Assembly: GCA_041649155.1 (NCBI GenBank)
Contig: JBAZNP010000001.1
Location: 366,564 to 430,563, forward strand
Source of the DNA: Patescibacteria group bacterium
Lineage (GTDB): Bacteria; Patescibacteriota; UBA1384; XYA2-FULL-43-10; 1-14-0-10-43-13
Reading direction: 5' to 3'
Length of the DNA: 64,000 nt
Part shown: one piece after another, positions 27,405 to 36,224 of the stretch
How the letters are laid out: each line of letters starts with the position of its first letter
Position numbering within the stretch: the first letter of the stretch is position 1
Translations under genes and position numbers: made by a program
Notes under the pieces: model-generated
Told to the model about the DNA's origin: nothing
Seen by the model: only the letters and a program-made list of their open reading frames with translations
The model's database searches: none

Positions 27405-27494
27405 TGGCGGAGAGGGTGGGATTTGAACCCACGAGGAGCTTGCACCCCTGGCTGTTTTCAAGACAGCTGCACTAGACCACTATGCGACCTCTCC
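27405..27494 (-). tRNA. tRNA-Ser (anticodon TGA), CCA encoded
   Basis: Reverse complement folds: ggagagg/cctctcc acceptor, loop ctTGAaa, long variable arm, T-loop ttcaaat. Confidence 0.8.
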
Positions 27495-27843
27495 AAAATT
27501 ATATTATATTATTATCTTTCAAATACTTATGTTAAGTAAAAAACATTGACCAACTATGTCCTGCATTCCGCTTTGCGGAAGCAGGGACGCCTGCTTCGCC
27601 ATGGCGAATGCGGCGCGACCTCTCCAATGATATTATCATAACATTTTCAAGCTCAATAATCAATCTATACTGGTAATCTGGAGATTTCTTCCTGATGCAT
27701 TAGGTTGAAATGGCATTTGTCGCTTATTGTGACTTTTTATATTTTGGAAAGTTATTTTTTTATCAAGCGTTGTACTTTTTGCAATTAAATAAAGGCTCAT
27801 AAGCATATAAGCTTTGAAGCACATAAACTAATAAGGAGTCGCT

Positions 27844-28146
27844 ATGATGTCAAAAACGCCAATAGATCTAAAGGGGGTTAAGGAAGGGGAAACTGACATG
27901 CAATTATTAAGAATTGCTCTTATCGCAGAGCTTGATGCTATTAATTTTTACGAACAATGTGCTGCCAGCACCAAAGACACAGCTATGAAAAAAATATTTC
28001 TGGATGTAGCCGGAGAAGAAAAGACTCACATCGGAGAGTTTCAGTCACTTCTTCTAATAAGAGATAGAGAACAAGAAAAAGAATTAATACATGGCGATAA
28101 AGAAGTTGATGACTTAACTGGAGAGGGAAGCGAGGAGGAGGATTAA
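27844..28146 (+). CDS. Small ferritin-like/rubrerythrin-family protein (possible encapsulated-ferritin-like fold)
   Basis: About 100 aa with E...E..H spacing (LDAINFYEQ...AGEEKTHIGEF). Adjacent to sod. Confidence 0.45.
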   Translation: MMSKTPIDLKGVKEGETDMQLLRIALIAELDAINFYEQCAASTKDTAMKKIFLDVAGEEKTHIGEFQSLLLIRDREQEKELIHGDKEVDDLTGEGSEEED

Positions 28147-28775
28147 TGGAAAACAATAAATTTTACAAATTACCTGAATTACCATATAGCTATGACGCAC
28201 TGGAGCCGATTATTTCCACTGAACAGCTTGAAATACATCACGACATTCATCATAAAGCCTATGTTGATAATGCAAATAAGATTTTAGAGAAATTTGATAA
28301 GGCAAGAGAAGAGGAAAAAGAGTTTGATTCCCCTGCCATTTATAAGGCACTGTCTTTCAATATCGGCGGACATGTTTTGCACTCATTGTTTTGGGAGAAT
28401 ATCACTCCTGTTAATAGTGGATCGGACGCAAGTAAATCATTGAATGATGCGATAAAAGAGGAATTCGGCAGCCTTGATCGTTTTATGGATGAGTTCTCCA
28501 AAACTGCTCAGAACGTAGAGGGCTCTGGCTGGGCAGCATTAGCTTATTGCAGAAAAACAAAAAGGCCGATGATTATGCAAATCGAGAAGCATAATTTAAA
28601 TATTTATCCGATGTTTTCAATTTTATTGGTGCTTGATGTCTGGGAGCATGCTTACTATTTAGATTATCAGAACAAGAGAGCGGATTTTATTAACAATTTT
28701 TGGGAAATACTTAATTGGGATGCGGTTAGCAAAAGATTCGATGAGGTTAGATCAAAAGAAAAAGAGGCTAAATGA
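28146..28775 (+). CDS. sod: Fe/Mn superoxide dismutase
   Basis: LPYSYDALEPIIS...HHDIHH...DVWEHAYYLDYQN signature. Confidence 0.9.
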   Translation: MENNKFYKLPELPYSYDALEPIISTEQLEIHHDIHHKAYVDNANKILEKFDKAREEEKEFDSPAIYKALSFNIGGHVLHSLFWENITPVNSGSDASKSLNDAIKEEFGSLDRFMDEFSKTAQNVEGSGWAALAYCRKTKRPMIMQIEKHNLNIYPMFSILLVLDVWEHAYYLDYQNKRADFINNFWEILNWDAVSKRFDEVRSKEKEAK

Positions 28776-29158
28776 AAATGAGTTACAAAAGAAAAAAACG
28801 AGCACTTATCGATTGGTTTCCTAAGCTTTCAGTTATAACATTTGTTTTTAGCCTCTTTGCCTTTTTGTTTCCGGATATTTTAAAATTTATCGACAACGCA
28901 CCATTGCTTTTCAATTTTTTCTTCGGTGTCGTTGTTCTGTCGGCTTTGGTGATCCTTTGGGACAGGAATAAACTTGCGGGAATCACATTTGTTATACTTG
29001 GTTTGTTATACGGGTTAATAACCTGGGACAGGCTTTTGGCTGTAAATACATTTTCGACTTCACTTTGGTTGATTTTCACCGGCCTCATGTTTTTGGTTTC
29101 AGAAGAAAATAGCCTTCCTGCTAGAAAGCTTGCAACTAAGAAAGTTGATAAAAACTGA
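28772..29158 (+). CDS. Hypothetical integral membrane protein (about 4 TM)
   Basis: Hydrophobic segments only. Confidence 0.4.
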   Translation: MKMSYKRKKRALIDWFPKLSVITFVFSLFAFLFPDILKFIDNAPLLFNFFFGVVVLSALVILWDRNKLAGITFVILGLLYGLITWDRLLAVNTFSTSLWLIFTGLMFLVSEENSLPARKLATKKVDKN

Positions 29159-29183
29159 TAGTCTTTGGCAGCATAAATTTATT

Positions 29184-29259
29184 TAAAAGATCCCTCGACT
29201 TCACTCGGGATGACAATAAAATAGGTTGCCACGGTCTCCGTAGCGACCTCGCAATGACA
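29184..29259. repeat. Family P fragment (aaaagatccctcgacttcactcgggatgaca...gcaatgaca)
   Basis: Module shared with 13357, 26587, 34134. Confidence 0.55.
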
Positions 29260-29306
29260 AAAAAAGAACCATGATTCATGATTCTTAATTCATAATTCTA
29301 GTGAAT

Positions 29307-29837
29307 TTACTCAATGCAACAATCGATGGCTTTTTTGACTACGCCTCGAAGTTTTCCCATTATGCCGGTCTTTTCTGTATCCTTTTTGTTGAGAGCTTTT
29401 TCGTCGATCTTTTGGATATTTTTAGTATCGACAATGTCCATATTTACACCCCAGAAGAGGGAGTAAAGGTCGAATGCTTTTTTAAATAAATCTTCCGCAT
29501 CTTTCTTTTTGCCTTGGCCAAGCATCTTGGTTCCAACTTCCTCCAGTCTCATTGAAGCGGCTAAAAGATGTTTTGAAATGCACCAGACTTCACCTTCGGA
29601 GTCTTTGATGATTTTCTTAAGAAGATCCTTTCGCATTTCCCGCACTTCTTTTAAAAGATCAAGATATTCAGATTTACCTGTTTTTTGTTGAGTGAAAAAG
29701 AAATGTTCCTCAATGGAGACTAAGTTCATTATCGCTATTGATAGGTCTTGATCGGCCGAAAGATCTAATGGATTTTTCTTTTTTGCATCATCGACTTTTT
29801 CGACTAGGTCTTTATAGTTTTTTAGATTATTTTTCAT
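29307..29837 (-). CDS. Hypothetical cytoplasmic protein
   Basis: 176-aa ORF, no recognisable motif. Confidence 0.4.
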   Translation of the reverse strand: MKNNLKNYKDLVEKVDDAKKKNPLDLSADQDLSIAIMNLVSIEEHFFFTQQKTGKSEYLDLLKEVREMRKDLLKKIIKDSEGEVWCISKHLLAASMRLEEVGTKMLGQGKKKDAEDLFKKAFDLYSLFWGVNMDIVDTKNIQKIDEKALNKKDTEKTGIMGKLRGVVKKAIDCCIE

Positions 29838-29840
29838 ATC

Positions 29841-29919
29841 GTCATCCCATACTTGATACGGGATCCAGAAATTAATTATTTATATAGATTCCAGATCTCA
29901 AGCTGCAGTCTGGAATGAC
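29841..29919. repeat. Family M inverted-repeat element (gtcatcccatacttgatacgggatccagaaat ... tccagatctcaagctgcagtctggaatgac)
   Basis: Sequence. Confidence 0.6.
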
Positions 29920-29926
29920 GGTTGTA

Positions 29927-30433
29927 TTATTTTGTTAAAAAATAAAACACCATGCTTAATATTACAAGTGGTGATATGGGCAGTACCACTTTTTCAAAGG
30001 GAAAGTGAGCTTTACCGTTCTTGTTTTTGAAATATTTATATAAAATTGCTCCTGAAAAGAAGAAGAAACTGCCGATAATAATTCCTAAAACAAGTTTGTC
30101 TAATCCCCAGTAAGTATTGAACGGATGACCAATAATTTCTTTAATATATAGAGGAATTACAACGGAAGCGTAATATATAGCGGTTACAATAAACGGAGCA
30201 CCCTTAAAATACCATTTTTTTTGTTTGAGCCAATTGATAGTCCATGCGGAAACAGACATGAGAATTCCGCCGATCCAAAGTCCGGAAATTGTGTCATCTA
30301 TTCCTAGCCAGCGGGAAAGCCCTAAACCTGCCACGACCCCAACAGTGCAGACGGGACACACGGCCCGAGCTATGCTCGGAAGAAACAAGAAACAAGAAAC
30401 AAGAAACAAATATTTTGTGATTTTATTGTGCAT
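29927..30433 (-). CDS. Integral membrane protein with N-terminal CPVC motif; possible membrane thiol-disulfide oxidoreductase partner
   Basis: 4-5 TM. CxxC at the first helix boundary. Overlaps the downstream thioredoxin-fold gene by 11 nt. Contains an in-frame (aacaaga)x4 tract. Confidence 0.4.
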   Translation of the reverse strand: MHNKITKYLFLVSCFLFLPSIARAVCPVCTVGVVAGLGLSRWLGIDDTISGLWIGGILMSVSAWTINWLKQKKWYFKGAPFIVTAIYYASVVIPLYIKEIIGHPFNTYWGLDKLVLGIIIGSFFFFSGAILYKYFKNKNGKAHFPFEKVVLPISPLVILSMVFYFLTK

Positions 30434-30872
30434 TAATCTTTAAATTAAGAAAGTTTTCAATTTCCACTTCGCCGACATAACATTTTGAAGCTGAACCATC
30501 AAACAATAATGGCACGCCAAGTTCGTCTTCTGGAATCTTGCAAATAGCAGCCTTTTCTTTCATGACCGCTGCATTTTCTTTGTTGTACCAAATTTCTTTA
30601 AAATCAAGTTGAATTTTTTCATCAATTTTGTTTGTTTTAATATATTCCTCCACTTTTTTACAATGAGAACAGCCATCGCCGACAAAAAGGATAATATCGC
30701 TGCCAGGAGTTGATTTTATACTGGAAGCGCCCGCAACTTTTCCGTTATCGTCTTGTTGGCTCTGACTCTGATCATTATCTGCTGTTTTATTTGAGTTTTT
30801 ACTTCTTACGATACCCCACACACCTGCTGCAACGATGAGCACGATCGCAACAAAAAGCAACGCTTTTTTCAT
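30423..30872 (-). CDS. Secreted thioredoxin-fold / glutaredoxin-like protein (CSHC active site)
   Basis: Signal/TM N-terminus. ...ILFVGDGCSHCKKVEEYIK... Confidence 0.55.
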   Translation of the reverse strand: MKKALLFVAIVLIVAAGVWGIVRSKNSNKTADNDQSQSQQDDNGKVAGASSIKSTPGSDIILFVGDGCSHCKKVEEYIKTNKIDEKIQLDFKEIWYNKENAAVMKEKAAICKIPEDELGVPLLFDGSASKCYVGEVEIENFLNLKINAQ

Positions 30873-31036
30873 GTTTATCTCCTAGTAAGTTATTGACAGC
30901 TTCGATTATGCCTACTTTTTCGAGAAAATACAACACTTTAATTTGACAACATTTTATGATACTCTAATTTGAGATGGTTTCACGTCATAATTTTGTGTTT
31001 TAGAGCGTGAAAGCATTAAAAAAAGTTGATAAAATC

Positions 31037-31131
31037 TGGAGAGGTCGCATAGTGGCCTAGTGCGCTGGTTTGCTAAACCGGTATATGGTCTAATCACCGT
31101 ATCGAGGGTTCGAATCCCTCCCTCTCCGCCA
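31037..31131 (+). tRNA. tRNA-Ser (anticodon GCT), CCA encoded
   Basis: Acceptor ggagagg/cctctcc, loop ttGCTaa, long variable arm. Confidence 0.8.
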
Positions 31132-31290
31132 GTAAATGTTGCCCAGAATGGGCGATATTTACTGGCGAAAGAAGATTCGAACAGGGAAGGGGTCGGGAAA
31201 CGGGAGTTTCCCGTGCAGGAAAATACTAAAAACCGTCGGTTTTTAGAAGGAGCAACGCTCCGCTCGAGATCCCTCCTTCTCCGCCAAAAA
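31132..31290 (+). ncRNA. Second copy of the tRNA-Ser-trailing structured element. Ends with a copy (31267-31285) of this tRNA's own 3' region
   Basis: About 95% identical to 16412-16540. Substitutions fall in hairpin stems (aaaaaccgaGggttttt vs aaaaaccgTCggttttt; agcgaagcgct vs ggagcaacgctcc). Confidence 0.4.
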
Positions 31291-31382
31291 ATTAGATAAC
31301 AGAACACAGATATCAGATAACAGAATGATTACTATGCTATCTGTTTGGCTGTTATCTGTATTCTTAACACAAGGGAGGGTTT

Positions 31383-31886
31383 ATGGCCGAAGTTAAAGCT
31401 AAGATGGCGCCCAAATTTAATCCAGAAGGCAGTAAACCGGTTTTCACCTGGATAGCGCCGGAGTTTATTCGATATAAAAAGACCGCCAAATGGTTTGTTG
31501 CTGTTTTGCTTGCAGGGATTGTTCTTGGTTTTATATTTGCAAAACAAGGACAGTGGAGCAGTGTCGCGCTTGTGGGTACGGCTGTTATTGTTTTTACAAC
31601 TTTGTCAGGGGCTAAGCCTAAAAAGATTACTTCTGCCTTATATCAGGATGGAGTTGTGACAGATGGTAAGGTCTTTGATTTTACTCAGTTTAAATCCTTT
31701 TGGCTTGAAGCTGGAGAGTTGCCCAAGGCTAAATTGCAGCTTCTCGGACGTTTTGCCGGACAGGTGACATTGCCAATATTTGACATTGATCCAGAGCAAG
31801 TTCGCTTATTTCTTTCAAAGCATTTGCCTGAAGAAAACAGAGGACCTGATTTAATTGATGAAATAAACAGGTTGATGAGATTTTGA
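31383..31886 (+). CDS. Hypothetical membrane protein
   Basis: 167 aa, 2 TM. Preceded by inverted ACAGATAACAG motifs at 31290-31370. Confidence 0.4.
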   Translation: MAEVKAKMAPKFNPEGSKPVFTWIAPEFIRYKKTAKWFVAVLLAGIVLGFIFAKQGQWSSVALVGTAVIVFTTLSGAKPKKITSALYQDGVVTDGKVFDFTQFKSFWLEAGELPKAKLQLLGRFAGQVTLPIFDIDPEQVRLFLSKHLPEENRGPDLIDEINRLMRF

Positions 31887-31998
31887 TAGAAATGGATAGC
31901 GAATTTGAACCAATAGCCAATATATGAATAATTCCTCTCCTTTTGAAGGAGGTTAATATTAGTAAATTCGCCATTAGTACAGATTAGTTATTCATTTG

Positions 31999-32074
31999 TG
32001 TTGTTTTGCCCGCGTAGCTCAGTGGATAGAGCGCACGGTTGCGGTCCGTGAGGCCACAGGTCCGATTCCTGTCG
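31999..32074 (+). tRNA. tRNA-Arg (anticodon GCG), CCA encoded
   Basis: 76 nt. gcccgcg/cgcgggt acceptor. Loop ttGCGgt. Confidence 0.8.
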
Positions 32075-32098
32075 CGGGTACCATTCGACTCGATATTA

Positions 32099-32121
32099 AA
32101 GACGAGCAATCGTCTTTTTTG
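32099..32121 (+). terminator. Rho-independent terminator (aagacga-gcaa-tcgtctt + T6)
   Basis: Hairpin plus T-run directly after tRNA-Arg. Confidence 0.55.
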
Positions 32122-32168
32122 ATTGGTAGCAATTGATTATATGTGCGCAAGTGTGTATCATTTTACCT

Positions 32169-33443
32169 ATGAATGAATATAAATTGACTAAATTGAAAAA
32201 TGGACTCCGGCTGCTTCTGGTGCCGAGGAAAGCGTCTGAAGTTGTGACGGTGATGGTAATGTTTAAAGTGGGTGGCCGATACGAGACGGAGGAAATGGCC
32301 GGAATTTCCCATGTATTGGAGCACATGCACTATAAGGGCACGCCAAAGCGGCCAAGCGGGTTAAAAGTCGCCGAATTTATCGAATCAATCGGCGGAGAGC
32401 ACAACGCTTTTACCGGTAAAGAATGCACTGGATATCATGCAAAAGTAGCGCCAAAACATTTGGAAAAAGCTTTTGATTTTCTGTCTGACCTACTTTTAAA
32501 TTCTTTGTTTAAACCGGAGGATTTAGAGCGTGAAAAACAGGTTATTCTTCAAGAAATTGATATGTATGAGGATCTGCCAATGCAAATAGTGGGGAATAAA
32601 TTCGAAGAGGCCGTTTTTGGCAAGAACGCATTGGGCAGAGACGTAATTGGCTACAAAAAGACAGTGCAGGCTCTTTCGAGAGGTGATTTGGTCAAATATC
32701 GCTCAAAGCATTATTCTGCCTCAAATGCCGTATTGGCGCTTGCGGGTAATTTTGGCGATTTAAGTGAAGACGAAATTGAAAATTTAGCCGAGAAATATTT
32801 TAGCTTTAATCATAATCAAGAAGAATCTTTACCTAGTGTTAATATTCCGGACAAGGGCGGCGAAAATATTATAGAGAAAAAGACCGAACAAAGTCATGTA
32901 GTCGTAGGCTTCAGAACTGTTCCTCTCTCTCATCCTGACTATCATAAACTGGAAATGCTTGCCTTGATTCTGGGCGGTTCAATGAGCTCAAGAATGTTTG
33001 AGGAAATTCGTGAAAAGCGAGGATTGGCCTATGCTGTTCGAACATCGACTGCTAACTATATCGAAGCTGGATTTCTAGAAACTCAGGCTGGAGTGCCTCA
33101 CGATAAGATTGACGAAACCATTGAGGCCATAATGGGTGAGTATAAAAAGATGAAAACCGAAAAAGTTGAGCCTTCCGAGCTTCAAAAAGCAAAGGAAATT
33201 GTGTACGGGAAGATGTTGATTAAGTTCGAAGACTCCGAGGAATTGGTTTATCACTATGCTTCAGATGAACTTTTTCTAGAAAAGATCGATACACCTGAAG
33301 AACTGGCCAAGATTTACCAAAATATTACAGCTGATGATATAATGGAAGTAGCGAATAAATATTTCACCAAGGATCGTCTTGGAATTGCATTTATCGGTCC
33401 AAAGTTTGACAAGGAAAAAATAGGGGAACTGCTAACAATTTAA
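32169..33443 (+). CDS. M16 family zinc peptidase (insulinase-like). Start re-called at M13
   Basis: HxxEH inverted zincin motif HVLEHMHYKGT. Confidence 0.75.
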   Translation: MNEYKLTKLKNGLRLLLVPRKASEVVTVMVMFKVGGRYETEEMAGISHVLEHMHYKGTPKRPSGLKVAEFIESIGGEHNAFTGKECTGYHAKVAPKHLEKAFDFLSDLLLNSLFKPEDLEREKQVILQEIDMYEDLPMQIVGNKFEEAVFGKNALGRDVIGYKKTVQALSRGDLVKYRSKHYSASNAVLALAGNFGDLSEDEIENLAEKYFSFNHNQEESLPSVNIPDKGGENIIEKKTEQSHVVVGFRTVPLSHPDYHKLEMLALILGGSMSSRMFEEIREKRGLAYAVRTSTANYIEAGFLETQAGVPHDKIDETIEAIMGEYKKMKTEKVEPSELQKAKEIVYGKMLIKFEDSEELVYHYASDELFLEKIDTPEELAKIYQNITADDIMEVANKYFTKDRLGIAFIGPKFDKEKIGELLTI

Positions 33444-33444
33444 A

Positions 33445-34068
33445 TTGGATAACACTATGGAAGAAAAAAAAGAACTAGATAAAAATGTTGCTATTCAGCG
33501 CACTTTTGTAATGATAAAGCCTGACGGCGTCCAAAGGGGATTAATCGGCGAGGTAATTGCCCGGTTTGAAAAGCGTGGCCTGAAAGTCATTGGATTAAAA
33601 ATGGTTAAACCATCAATAGAACACTTGAACGACCATTATCCAAAAGATGAAGAGTGGATCGAGCGACTGGGCGGAAAAGGCTTTACCGTTTTTGAAGAGT
33701 ATGGATTCGACCCCATAGACGTTATGGGAACTTCAGATAAAAAGGAAGCCGGTAAGATGGTTCGGGAGTGGCTGATGAATTACATGACTGAAGCCCCGGT
33801 TATTGCTATGGTGGTCGAGGGAATACACGCTGTAGATATGGTCAGAAAAATAGTCGGTTCAACTCTGCCAAATAAGGCAGAAATCGGCACGATTAGAGGG
33901 GACTATTCAGTCGATTCCCCTGCCTCTGCTAATTTAAACAAGAGAGCGGTAAAAAACTTAATTCATGCTTCTGAAAAAGCAGATGAAGCTGAACAGGAAA
34001 TTGCTCATTGGTTTTCTGAGGAAGAAATTTACGACTATAATCGGGCGGATCACGCGGCAATGTTCTAA
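33445..34068 (+). CDS. ndk: Nucleoside diphosphate kinase with an about 60-aa internal insertion
   Basis: TFVMIKPDGVQRGLIGEVIARFEKRGLKV...NLIHASE; 207 aa versus the usual about 140-150. Confidence 0.8.
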   Translation: MDNTMEEKKELDKNVAIQRTFVMIKPDGVQRGLIGEVIARFEKRGLKVIGLKMVKPSIEHLNDHYPKDEEWIERLGGKGFTVFEEYGFDPIDVMGTSDKKEAGKMVREWLMNYMTEAPVIAMVVEGIHAVDMVRKIVGSTLPNKAEIGTIRGDYSVDSPASANLNKRAVKNLIHASEKADEAEQEIAHWFSEEEIYDYNRADHAAMF

Positions 34069-34133
34069 TTACTAGAATTATGAATTTAGAATCTTGAATT
34101 ATGGATTTTAAATAATAATGCCAATTTATTGCT

Positions 34134-34270
34134 GTCATTTCGACTCCTCAACTTTGTTCGAGGGCAGACCTGCCTGCCGGCAGGCAGGGAAATCTTATAT
34201 AAATTAAAAAATTATTATCAAAAGATCCCTCCGTTTCAGTCGGGATGACAAAGTGACAGTCGGGATAACA
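34134..34270. repeat. Family P composite repeat (inverted relative to the 36099 copy)
   Basis: gtcatttcgactcc...cctgcctgccggcaggcagg...aaagatccctccgtttcagtcgggatgaca. Confidence 0.75.
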
Positions 34271-34333
34271 ATTTGGACGAGTAATTAATACGTTTTTTCA
34301 TGATTCATTATTCATGATTCGAGATTCTAATTT

Positions 34334-35458
34334 ATGAATTATTTTATTCCATTCTCATCTGCACTTGTTATTTCAATGATATTGACGGGCTTTTTGCGTA
34401 ATGTCGGAGTGAGATACGGTTTAATGTCGACTCCACGGGCAAGAGACATTCACAAAAAGCCGGTTCCACGTATTGGCGGATTGGCGATTTTCTTCTCCTT
34501 CCTTGTTATCTCTCTAATCTCATTTGGAGCAATCTCTAATGGATTTTCTTTTCATTCCGGAGAATGGTTCGGCATGGATAAGCACATTGCCAGCATCCTT
34601 TTGGGCGGAGTATTTATTTCTCTCCCCATGCTTTTGGACGATATTTTTGGTCTTAAAGCTTGGCAAAAACTCATCTTCCAGCTCATTGCCACATTCATAA
34701 TTATTGCCTCGGGCATCGGGATAGACACACTGGCCAACCCTTTCGGTGAAGCTATTAATCTCAATTCTGTTTATATTCCGCTACTGACTTTTCGTGGCGT
34801 TGTTTATCATTTTTCACTATGGTCCGATCTTTTAACTTTAATCTGGATGATAGGGATGATGAATGTTATTAATTTTATTGACGGTGTTGATGGATTGGCT
34901 GGAGGCGTCTCGGCGATTGCCTGTTTTACGATTTTTCTGCTTTCAATAAGTTTAGCCGTAAATCAGCCATCAGTTGCCTTGATGTCGATCATTTTGGCTG
35001 GTTCATGCGTTGGCTTTTTGGTTTGGAATTTTCCGCCGGCAAAAATATTTATGGGGGACACCGGAAGCGCCTTTCTTGGCTTTATGCTTGGAGTTTTACC
35101 TTTAGTTTCCGGCGGCAAGCTCGCCACTGCTTTTTTGGTCCTAGGATTTCCAATAATTGATGGGCTTTTAGTTTCTGCCGGCAGGATTTATCGCAGGGAA
35201 AATCCATTTACTACTCCTGATAAAACTCATTTGCATCATCGTTTTTTAAGAGCAGGTTTTTCTTCAAGACGAGCTATATTATCTATCTACATTATTTCTG
35301 CTGCATTCGGATGGGTTGCTTTGAGGTCAACAACGCAGAACAAAATGATTGCTGCTATTGTATTGATTTTGTTATTGGTAGCGATTACAAGAATACTAAA
35401 TTATTTAGCAGCCAGAAAATCATTAGGACACAAGAGACAAGAAGCAATCACCAAATAA
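34334..35458 (+). CDS. Polyprenyl-phosphate phospho-sugar transferase, MraY/WecA family (GT4)
   Basis: Motif MNVINFIDGVDGLAGG, about 10 TM. Not in a dcw cluster, so MraY versus WecA is unresolved. Confidence 0.7.
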   Translation: MNYFIPFSSALVISMILTGFLRNVGVRYGLMSTPRARDIHKKPVPRIGGLAIFFSFLVISLISFGAISNGFSFHSGEWFGMDKHIASILLGGVFISLPMLLDDIFGLKAWQKLIFQLIATFIIIASGIGIDTLANPFGEAINLNSVYIPLLTFRGVVYHFSLWSDLLTLIWMIGMMNVINFIDGVDGLAGGVSAIACFTIFLLSISLAVNQPSVALMSIILAGSCVGFLVWNFPPAKIFMGDTGSAFLGFMLGVLPLVSGGKLATAFLVLGFPIIDGLLVSAGRIYRRENPFTTPDKTHLHHRFLRAGFSSRRAILSIYIISAAFGWVALRSTTQNKMIAAIVLILLLVAITRILNYLAARKSLGHKRQEAITK

Positions 35459-35598
35459 TATCCAATTTTCAATAATCAAATTTTAAACAAACATGTTCCG
35501 GATATTGAGTTTTTGAGTATTGAAATTTGTTTGTGTCTTGTAACTTGTTTCTTGTATCTTTTTGCACACATTTATTTTTTTCTGTTAAACTATTAAGT

Positions 35599-36081
35599 AT
35601 GGAAAAAAGTTTTTCATTTAGTGGACAGAGAGAGGGAGAAAAGGTTGTAAGCGTGGTTAAAAATCACCCTTTTGTTTTTCTTTTCCCTGGGTTGAAGTCA
35701 GTTCTTTTTTTAGTGGTGGGAATTGCAGTTTATTTGTTCTGGCCCAGCCAGTATTCGGGAATGGTCTTATTCATTACCATTCTCATAGGCTTAGGAATAT
35801 TCTTCAGAACTTATTTTGATTATAGTCAGAGTGTTTTTGTGATTACTAACCAACGGATTATTAACGTCGATCAGGACGGGTTTTGGAAGAGAAAAATAAC
35901 TGAAACGGAGATCGACAAAATACAAGATGCTGCTTCTGAAACATCGGGAATGCTTAGAACTATGTTTAAGTTTGGTGATTTGGTGATTCGAACTGCCGGT
36001 GTGAGCCAGGGGAGTGAAATTCGTGTTAAAAATATTGCAAACCCTTATCAGGTTCAACAAAAAATCGTTTCTATAAAATAG
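35599..36081 (+). CDS. Membrane-anchored bacterial PH-domain (DUF304/YdbS-like) protein. Start re-called at M25
   Basis: Two TM then PH-like region. Confidence 0.5.
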   Translation: MEKSFSFSGQREGEKVVSVVKNHPFVFLFPGLKSVLFLVVGIAVYLFWPSQYSGMVLFITILIGLGIFFRTYFDYSQSVFVITNQRIINVDQDGFWKRKITETEIDKIQDAASETSGMLRTMFKFGDLVIRTAGVSQGSEIRVKNIANPYQVQQKIVSIK

Positions 36082-36098
36082 TTCTGATAACTCATTAC

Positions 36099-36210
36099 TG
36101 TCATCCCGACCAGAGTGGAGGGATCTTTAATGTGTCTAATCATAAGATTTCCCTGCCTGCCGGCAGGCAGGTCCGACCGTTAGACAAAGCTCATGGGGTC
36201 GAAATAACAA
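36099..36210. repeat. Family P composite repeat (near-identical to 11266-11382)
   Basis: tgtcatcccgaccagagtggagggatc...ccctgcctgccggcaggcaggtcc...ggggtcgaaataaca. Confidence 0.75.
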
Positions 36211-36224
36211 GTAAACGGATATGT

